A stretch of 64,000 bases of DNA, taken from the NCBI RefSeq assembly GCF_009914755.1, contig NC_060931.1, one strand, 5' to 3'. A program made the translations under genes and the position numbers. Source of the DNA: the human T2T-CHM13v2.0 reference genome, Homo sapiens. Positions 54,320-64,000 of the stretch are shown here, one piece after another. Position 1 is the stretch's first letter; each line of letters starts with the position of its first letter. Below the pieces are notes generated by a model that was given only the letters and a program-made list of their open reading frames with translations, did not search any database and had not been told where the DNA came from.

Positions 54320-54720
54320 TTCAATCTCCTATCTGATGGTTGAATGCTCCCTGCAGTATTCTTGACCAGTGGTAGTTTAGGTCGGTGTTTCTCAAGCTCC
54401 AGCAGACATTGGAGTTACTAAAACTGAGAGTGCTGAACCTCAATCCCAGAGTTTCTGAATTAGTAGGTCTGGGACGGGTCTTGAGAAATTTCATTTCTAG
54501 TATGTACGCAGCTGTTATTGATACTGCTCGTCTGGGCACCACTGTTTGAGAACCACTGATCTAGATGGTGCTTGAATACCTCTAGTGTCAGAGAACTTCC
54601 TGCTTCATGAGCCTGCTCATGCCATCTTCCGAGAGCCTGAAGCACGAACACACTTAATCTGATGGAAAGTTCCTTCTCATATGAACCTGAAACCTGTTTT
54701 CCTATCCCTTTTACCTATAG
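54320..54720 (-). mobile_element. L3/CR1-like remnant interrupted by MER5A (about 54383-54558)
   Basis: TGCTTGAATACCTCTAGTG...GAAAGTTCCTTCTCATAT; MER5A ends GGTGTTTCTCAAGCT ... TTTGAGAACCACTG. Confidence 0.55.
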
Positions 54721-56124
54721 GCTGTTTGTCTTGCCCTTTTGACAGTAGAGTTAAATTTTATTCATCATAGTTTTAACAGAAAGTATTTTTATTACTTTTG
54801 GTCTGTGATTCACTGTCCTAAGGATAAAAGACAACCTGACTGTATTGGCAGTCTGAAACTATGGCAAAAACCTCAAGCCATTCTAAGGAGGAAAGAATCT
54901 GATCTATTCCTGGGAAAACAACTTCAATTGAGCAAATGTATTTTGAGTGCCCAGTGTGTTTCGGGGATGGGAGATGTACAGGTGAACAACCAGTTCAGGG
55001 ATTTCTGTGGAAGGTGGGAATAACCACTGAAAAACCACTCCTCACTCAATGGATGTAGATTTCTAGTGATGGACAACTCAATACCCCTTCACGGTTTTAA
55101 CACAGCTTTGTGGACTTGTGACCATTTCAGCAACGAAATGCATATTTTGGCACACACGCCACTTGCTGAAGAAATAAAAATTTAATGGACATATATCTGA
55201 AAGTTTCTAGCACTTCAGGGAGATTTTGAGATTTATTCTAGCATACCATACAATGAGTTTTATTGGGAGCTGCAAAAATATATAATTTTAATAGAAATAG
55301 GTAAGCATAAAACATTGACACCACTGAAAAAATATTGGCCATGCCAAAGCAACCCCCATAAAAGTTTGCAGAATGTTTCAGAAAAGAATAAGAGAATTAT
55401 TAAGGGCTGATTTTTCTAGTGGAGCTTTGGCCAGGGTCTCATTTTTAAGGAAACATATCTATGTTTCCAAGGAAAAAGCAGGTATTCACTGCCTTTGAAG
55501 TGCAGCGATCCTGATGTTTCTTGTAGCTATGTGAAGAAAGATCATGGAGATTGTTTTGTGCAGGTTTGGTGAAAAAGCTTAATTAATGATTAAAAGCACA
55601 ACAGTCCTGTTAAACCAGACATGTTTTAGGAAAACACTTCAAGATGAGATGACAGTGCCCTCCTACATTCAAAGGCTGGAAATTCAAGTATTAGAACATT
55701 CATTACTTTTTCCTTGGAGATGGTGCTGTCTTTATCATCCATCTTCATCACTTGCTCCAAGTTAAAATGGTTGATTTCTTGCTGCTGATTATAGGGCATG
55801 AATCTTAGTCCTATGGAGCTTGAAAGCACGATGGCTTTGTGTTCTTCAGTATCTCTGAGCTTCATTTTCATTGTCTGGTCAAAACCAGGAGAGTAACATC
55901 TGCCACACAGATTATTGTGATATATAATGTGAAGATACAGACAACTCACACAGCACAGTGTCTGATGACCAAGACATGCCAGTATCATAGTTCATATACT
56001 TTGGGGTAAGGCTTAGTGAGCAGCGACACACTACCCCAAGGGAAAGAAAACCAGAAGGGCACTTCCTGAAGGGGAATCTTGCTCCAGGTCCCCAGTGTCT
56101 CTTTACTGAGACGCTTTACTGAGA

Positions 56125-56382
56125 CAGTTCTTCCCCAACTGGATCACCGGTGTGCAATTTGACCTTCAGAAGTATGTTGTAGAAAAGTGCTGTACGGTCA
56201 GTAAATTTGGCAAATGCTGCTAATGGGCACATCAGCGTGTTAAAGGCTGTAGAAAGCCTAACAGTAGAGAAAACTGTTCAACTTTGTTTAATGTAGCATT
56301 TTTCTAACCATATTCCAGTGACAGGAACATATTTTCCTGCCTCAAGACTGGTATGCCTCAAAGCACTGTTTGGGAGCTGCTA
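56125..56382 (-). mobile_element. MER103C-like hAT element
   Basis: GGTCAGTAAATTTGGCAAATGCTGC...TTAAAGGCT...AACTTTGTTTAA...TTTGGGAGCTGCT. Confidence 0.6.
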
Positions 56383-58859
56383 ATCCAAGCCCTTGAAGTC
56401 AGTAGGAGATAAGGGTATCTTATCTTATCCTTGGTGTTTAGTGTGGTCCCAGCCTATACAAGGTATGGAACAGACGCTGGGTGAATAAATGGCTCAATGT
56501 ATATGTCAATTTCCTGATGATTCTTGCCAAGGCAACGACTTCCTGTGGGCACAATTCATTTGTATTGTCACCACCAACAGGGACTACAGCACAAATCCTT
56601 CCCACATAAGCTGGCATTCCTACTATGTTGCCAGTTTAATGAATTTTGTTAAAAACAGACTTCTGACCAGCCAGGGTCCTGATTTGACAATTTTATTTTT
56701 TCGGAAAAAGTCACTATGATGACTCTGTTTGCAGCAGTTGTCCGAAGCTGAGGTTGCCTTCTGTTAGCCGCTTCTCTTGGTTGGACCTGAGCAATGGGCA
56801 GGTGCCAGAGAACTCTGGACAAGAAGACGCTTCCAGCCGGGTGCTGCAGAAAACTTGTTCTGCAAAAGCAGACAGGAGACACTGAATGAAGGACTCTGTT
56901 CTCCAACAACAGATTTCATCATTGTGAGGTTCACATGGGGTGTGTTTTCATTTTGTTTTTCCCTACAGTTTCAATCTTCTTTCCTCCCAGAAAGGGTTCT
57001 TTTGTGTTTGACCTCGTCCCGACGCGTTGGAAAACGTCCTGCTGCACCAGCTCTTAATTCACCTTCCTGTGTGGACTTGCCTCGGTGGCAAAGTCACACT
57101 CATTAACAAGTTCTTCCTCCCTGGGCTCTGCACATCACCCAGCTATATATCTTCCAATGTGTTCCCTTCTGTGGGGAAATGAGCTATTGCCAGAGTCGGG
57201 CTCTGGGACACGGAGGACTGGCTCACTGGCTGGCTGCCCTGGTGATAATCTGGAAGTGATCAGTGGAGGAAAAAGATAACACAGCTGTGATTTTCAAGGA
57301 GACAGGTCCTGGTTTTTTTTACCTGCCAACCACATTTCCTCCGGGGAGTTTTTCGGCAAGTGCTGTAAAAGAGACCTTTTAATCTTGTTTCAAAAACCTG
57401 GAGACCCAAGTTGTTCCAGATCTTGAGTAGAAAACAGGCCGGGGAAATGTGCATTGCCGAGGAGGCGGGTGGGATGCCATTGCGATTCTGTGGCTTAGTT
57501 TTGCATGTGCTTGAGAGGACTTGGTGAACTTGGCCTTCAAGTGCTTTCACCCACAAGTATGATATGGTTTGGGCTGGGGGTGGAGGGTGTTGCAGAGGTT
57601 GATGAACGTAAATCTGTCAGTGGGTGATTTTCAGACATCTGCCTGGAGCACTTGCAGACAAACATTGGAGTCATTGGAGCCAGGGAAATGCCTGACAATG
57701 CCTGGGAAAACCTGAGCCAAAAAGCTGGCCCGGGGACACTGCTGGGCCAGAAAAAAAGGATGTGTCAGTAATAAATAGTTTATAATTTAAATTGGGAGCA
57801 AAAAGGAGAGAGGAAAAAAAGAAAGAGACAAATCAATCAGGATAGGGAGCTTGGGAACTAAATATTGTCTTTGTTAGGAGTCAGTGAATGCTGCAGAAAT
57901 GCACCGCCAGATCCTGGCAGTGTCTGCCATCCATTGGGCATCTCGTATCGCTCCTGCCAAAAGCCTGAGCAACAAGGCCCAGGAAGTCCCCAGTGTGTGG
58001 TTTCAGAGATTTACTCAACTAGGGCATTTCATTTTTCTTAGTGTATAACTGGCAGAGTTACATCCTATTTTCTAGCTGAAAATTCTACTGCTTAGTACAG
58101 CATGATTGAGTCAACAGCTCTAACTGTGGTTACATTTCAGAATACTTTCAAAATCTCCTCACTGATTCACAGTGCAGAATGTATATGGTACATGGCAGCT
58201 GGGTTCCTGTGGCTTCTCCAAGCCTCCATATCCTAACCTTTAAAAGGGGGATGATAATACTTGTCTTGAAGATTGTTGAAAGAGCAGATACACTGTTGGG
58301 TCAACAATAAATATGACTTCGCCTACCATAAAATGTAAGATTTTCATTCTGAAGGTAAGTCTTGATTTAATGGTTGTCTTCTCTGGCTGGCATACTTGAT
58401 ACTTATAGAACTGACGCCCACATAGGTACTTGGCAGAAATACAAAAGGAGACCCATCCCATCTCCTCCCTGGCAGTATTTATCTGATGATTTTTTGCATT
58501 CTGCTGCCCATATTTCTGGTTCAGTTTCAGTTTCTCCCTGTTGCATGGTGTAAACTGACATCTCACACAGAAAAGGAGGGTTCAGATTACCCCAGGAAAG
58601 TGTAATGCAGAGAACTCTTCATCAGTGTGAAACCAGGGTGGGCACCAGCAGTGAAAACCTTTGAATCAGAGGTGGATTTCTGGCTGTTGTTTACCACGTG
58701 ACAAAGAGCAAACAGGCAGTTTTTCCTTCATTCCACCTGGGGTATCCCATAAACTTCAAAGTTCAAAACACACTTTGAGTGGGCAGGGGAAGAGGCATCT
58801 TCCTAATAGCCTTGACTTCCTCATCTCTGAATTTCTAAGGCAGCAATAGTTGACGCTGT

Positions 58860-59100
58860 GGTATAGGCATCAAGAGGCAAAAGAACACAGGAGCTAAAAG
58901 CAATGGATTTGCATTTATTCAGACAGACGTGGCTTAAAGCTCAGCTTCACAATCTACAATTATGTAATTTGGGGCATATTCATTTACTTGTTTGATTCCT
59001 ATTTATCTTCTTCCTTCATTGTGTTGAGAGAATTAAATTAGGTAATCTATGTAATTAGCACAGTGCACTGCACATTGGTAAACATCAGTAAATATTTTTC
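58860..59100 (+). mobile_element. MIR
   Basis: Degenerate core TTTGGGGCATATTCATTTAC...GAGAATTAAAT...TAGCACAGTGC. Confidence 0.6.
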
Positions 59101-61278
59101 AATAATAATGTACAGTGTGTTTTATATTATTGTTCCGTACATGTCAGGCTAATCTCTTCATTTCAGCTCTAAGCACCTTAGGAGAAGGACACTGTCTCTA
59201 TTTGTTGAGTTCTGTATGGAATGACTGCAGTGTAATTGTACCATAGAGTAGATGGCCATTCAGTATTTGAAACATTGGTCAACTATCAGCAGAGAAAGAT
59301 GGCTCTTGAATCTATTTAAAGCTCTTTAAGTCCTTTAAAGAAATTTCCAAATACACTTCTGAAATTTGCCAGTAATACCAAAACAATATTCCCAAATTTC
59401 CAATAAATTCTTATATTTCTAGCCAATTGTTTTCCAAATATATGAAGTTATCTGATTTTAAAACCTGCCAGACATTCCTAGTATTTATTCCTAGAATTTT
59501 AAGTTTGGAATGATTCTGACATTCCAATCTACCACAGCCTATGTTTCTTCTACAAATCCTATGATATTAAGCTCATTCCCTCAGTTCAGATTACCACAGA
59601 GGGCTGTTCAATTTGATACATGAATGTTGTATTATTGACGTAGCCAATCTGCAATGTATTGGTTCCAAGAACAGGCGGCAATAATGATGCCTCAGCAAAT
59701 AAGATGCAGATGTTCTAGGAATATCCATGCAAGACAAAAGTGTGCTGCAAAAATGAATAGGTGCTACTTGTAAAAGTATACAAAATTATTTTCTAAGTTT
59801 CAAAATATGTTTACTGCATGCCTTGAGGCATTGGTGGGTTAAATTGAAAATGTATTATTCATTTTAGAAAAAGTATGACTAACAATACACATATTTCCAA
59901 CATCACTGATTCTCTATAGAGCCTCCCTTCTCTGCTACAATGCCTCACTCTCAGGGTTGCCTGAGACAGGAGTTGGACCACATGGCTTGACCCAGGAGGC
60001 ATGTTCAGGCTGAAAGAGACTGAGAGACAGAACCAGTTCCTGGTTCAGGGATCGTGCCTAAAATGTCCTGCATCTAGTTCTACAGAATGAAATACTAGAC
60101 TCTTAGAAGAGGCACAGAATATCATCGTAAATACAGCATCCTATGCTGCTACATTGAAGAGGAAGAATTTCAAGGCTCATCAAAATCAAATTGCTTAGGC
60201 TTCTGTAGATTGATAATATAACACCTGGAAATAATTATGTGGGGAAGAAAAACAAAAAGTACCAGAAAAGTCCTCCCAAATATCATCTACTCAATAGATT
60301 TTGATTCTGGACTGACATTCTATCTGTGGCACTTCAAGCAATTCGACTAAAGGAAGCCCGCTTATCTGTATGTTAAATGTACTAAGTCAGTGGGTGGAGT
60401 GACATATGGGGTCATTCCAATACTCTTTTCTGGTTTCTTTAAGGTCAGGGCCTAGAATGTACCTTGAGACCTGTTCCCCAGCTTGAGAAGGAGAGGGAGC
60501 CATAAGGAAAAACTCCAGTGGAGGGAAAGGAAGAAAATGGCATCTCCTAATAGGTGTGCCATATTACATGGCCTGTATAGAAGATCGGTGGGTCAAAGGG
60601 CAACTGAAAAACTCACTAGTAAGGGCAAAAAGGGCTTGTTTCTCTTATAGAGTAATTCCTGTGTATCTTATTTATCTTTCACTTGTGCCACTCATTTACA
60701 TAGAATACCTTTGCCCATAAGTTGGAGTATTTTTACCCCTCAATGTTGGCAAGTTGCAGGGTAGCTTTATGGTAAAAGAGAGCAAAGGTGTGTCGTCCTT
60801 TGATTCCCAAGATTCCTAGTGGAAGTATTTTCTTTGTTATTCTCTGAACAAAAGATAAAGAGGAGGCTGGACTTCGGAGTATTTGTGAAAATGCTATTTC
60901 TAGCCCTCCATCCACACAGTGCCTTTCGGTGTTCATCTGGAGGTGATGAAGGTGGATGCAGGTGACTCCTCCGCTCTACCCATGCTCACAGCCCAGCCCA
61001 CTCTTCTCAAGAGTGCCCCACCATTTCCCCATCAAGTCCAAAGGCAGCACCAGAAGGGTAGAGTGAGCATCCCCGAAGTCTGTGTCTTTATTATTTCCGT
61101 GGTCTGCTTCAAGTGTTATCCCATGTGCTTGGGGTAATGTGTTTGTTTAATTGATGAAAACTCTAGGTGGCAGGAGGCTGGGAAGGTGGCTAGGCTTTTT
61201 CATATTTATTCTCATGGAAAACATTCCCCTTTATAAATCTTTTTGCTACAAATAGTGTTTTTTTTTCTTTTATGTAAT

Positions 61279-61585
<307 letters not shown>

Positions 61586-62289
61586 GCTTTTATGTAATCT
61601 TGATGTAACACCAATCCCATGTAGTCGGCACAAATTATAAAGTGTGTAAATGACTGGTGAAAAAATAATGCCCTTCTCAAAGAGAAGATAATTCCATTAC
61701 AGGGAATCTAGGGGCCGTTCAATGCCAGAGGATCCCACCCAGGAAAGCTGGTGGCTGCAGGGATAAAAGCCAGCAGTTTGGAAAGAAACACCTATAAGAA
61801 CATGGACCACGTAGGAGCCTAGCTTCAAGCTCCGCTTTACCAGGCTTCCCTTCCCCTTTGCTGAATTGCAGCTCCTGATCCTGCCTGCATCCTACTGGCC
61901 TGTGTTACATAAAGATCTAGTTCTGGAATACAGGAAATATGGTGGAGATTGTTCTATGTTAAGGTTCCAAGCCAAGTACGGGCCCATATCCTCAGCTAAG
62001 ATAATTATTGGTGGGTGAATAAATTAGGCTTGCCGACACTTGTCTGTTTAAGCAAAGACAGCATTTTAAATATTAGAAGAATGTCCACTTCACTCTACAG
62101 AGTCAACATTATTCAGCACTTCCATTAGCTGTGGATTACCAAAGCAGAAGACAATTCTTAAGTTAAGAAAATTTTATGAGTGAAAAGACAAATGTAAGCA
62201 AAGTGGATACATATTCTGAAAGTTTTATGTAAAAACCAAGGTGCAGGTGCAAGTATATGTAATTGATACGTAATGCAGAGAGGCAGAAT

Positions 62290-62545
62290 GGGAGAGCAGA
62301 GGAGAACACGGACTCGGGAGCAAGATGGCCTAGGTGTGGAGCATGGCTCTGCCACTGACTACCTGGGAAACCCTGGGCAAATTACCTGACCTCTCTGGGC
62401 CTTGCTCTCTCCTCATCTGTACAATGGGGCAATGATAGAACTTGTCTCAACGGATTGTAGAGAGGATTAAACACGCTAGAGCATGTAAAGAACTTGGACA
62501 CACTGCTTGACACTTAGTAAGTGTTGTGAAAGTATTAGCTTCCTA
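62290..62545 (+). mobile_element. MIR
   Basis: GGCTCTGCCACTGACTA...CTGGGCAAATTACCTGACCTCTCTGGGCCT...CTCATCTGTACAATGGGG. Confidence 0.85.
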
Positions 62546-62686
62546 ATGCAAGCATTGTCTTTGCCTCTTCATCCTCTTTTTTTTTGTACCCTTCATCCTC
62601 CTCTTCTTTTTCCTTCTCCTCTTTCTGTCTCTTTTCCTCTTCCTCCTCGTCCTTCTTTATTAGCATGATTGTACATGCGAAATGGC

Positions 62687-63249
62687 CAGGGCTGGCTATA
62701 TAATTTGTCGAGCACAGGACAAAATGAAACTTCAGGGCCTCTTGTCCAAAAATCAGGGGGAAAAAACATTTCTTTTTCTTCTATCTCTCTCTCATACCCA
62801 ATCTATCACAGGGTTCTTTGTTGGCTATTTATTGACCCATCTTCTCTCAGGCACGTATATTCTCTGGGCAAGTATAGACTCACAAGTGCCTGGAGTCCCT
62901 CCTCGAAATTTGGTGTGTGAGTGTGCGCCCAACTCCACCCTTTGCTGTGTTTGTGTCCAGCCTTTTGCCAGGGGTGAGGTGACAGAGATCACTGGGCTAG
63001 GGGCAGGAGAGGGTTGGCAGAGAACCCATCCCAGGGAGGCAGGGAGGTGGTGAGTGGGGGACTGCACAGGAGCAGAGGCCCCAAGCCCTAGTGCACACTT
63101 CATTGTTCCACTGGACTTCACTTAGGAGAAACACATTCAAAGGTAAAATTATTAAGAATTTTCAACATGATCACAGAGCGCCGATGCTCCAAGGGGTGGC
63201 CCCCTTCTGAGTGTGGGACCCTGTGTCAGATACATGAAGTTGGCACTGA
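62687..63249 (-). mobile_element. MER45 (B/C-like) hAT element
   Basis: Same termini as the 29034 copy (CAGGGCTGGCTATATAATTTG ... CATGAAGTTGGCACTG) with a longer interior. Confidence 0.65.
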
Positions 63250-63509
63250 CAGTAGCAGAAAAGATGTGAAGTTAGCAATCAACGAAATCCCATTTTGGTT
63301 ATTAAGTGATTCTTTGGCTTAAGATGTAGAAATTGGATTTTATTATCAGTTTTAGTGAGACGAACACAAATTAGGTAACTCATTTTATCCATTTATTAAA
63401 CTTAGGGAGAAAAATGCACATTTTAACCAACTGGTCTACCCCAGAGATGTAGTAAAAAAGTAGCTTTTAAAAAGACCTTTGTGCTCTTCTACCCAAAAGC
63501 ATTAGATGG

Positions 63510-63606
63510 GCATTTTCCAAAGTGTGTTACTTGAGAAAAGGGTTCTGTGAGGAACAATTGGCTCCTTGGGTAAAACAGAATTAACGGATTTTTGAAATTC
63601 AGGACT
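63510..63606 (+). mobile_element. MER103C-like fragment
   Basis: CATTTTCCAAAGTGTGTT...AAAAGGGTTCTGTG...GGGTAAAACA...CAGGACT. Confidence 0.55.
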
Positions 63607-63780
63607 ACCCACTTACTAAGTGGGTAGTCTAATTGTTTTTCTGTTTATTTACCTTAGGTCTTACTCTTTTCCAATTAATCATCTTAGACTTTGGAAGGTG
63701 AGGGGAAACATGGAAGCAGAGTCCATTTAGCAAGCTGAGATATTGTCAAATTTCAAAATGAATTTTTAAAATTAAATTTA

Positions 63781-64000
63781 ATTTTTTTATTTTAAAAGTT
63801 TTACTTTAAGTTCTGGGATACATGTGCTGAACATGCAGATTTGTTACATAGGTACACATGTGCCATGGTGGTTTGTTGCACCTATCAACCCATCATCTAG
63901 GCTTTAACCCCCTAATACATTAGGTATTTGTCCTAATGCCCTCCCTCCCCCAGCCCCCCACTCCCCGACAGGCTCTGGTGTATGATGTTCCCCTCCCTGT
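63781..64000 (-). mobile_element. L1PA 3' end, runs off the window
   Basis: TACTTTAAGTTCTGGGATACATGTG...GTTACATAGGTA...CCTAATGC...GATGTTCCCCTCCCTGT. Confidence 0.92.

Overview
Human-like (primate) euchromatic non-coding DNA, roughly half transposon-derived: Alu J/S/Y, L1PA/L1M, L2, L3, MIR, hAT MITEs (MER5/20/33/45/58/103) and at least 12 solo LTRs. I find no intact protein-coding gene, tRNA, rRNA or CRISPR array; most ORF-track entries are Alu/L1/LTR artefacts or short chance ORFs. The only recognisable gene-derived feature is a minus-strand processed pseudogene of PPIA (cyclophilin A) at about 19010-21104. It carries the long 3'UTR, sits between target-site duplications (TSDs), has a 2-bp frameshift, and appears to preserve an ancestral state of the parent 3'UTR. 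Other notable structures: a twin-primed 5'-inverted L1PA, two short non-tandem local duplications each later hit by an Alu, a very young AluYa-lineage insertion, an internally deleted MER52-type LTR, and a perfect palindrome at a transposon truncation. Candidate regulatory elements include a CTCF site at about 13.9 kb and a TATA plus splice-donor unit at 40.5-40.8 kb. I see no convincing novel biological system. Repeat family names and parent-gene comparisons are from memory and need RepeatMasker/BLAST confirmation.
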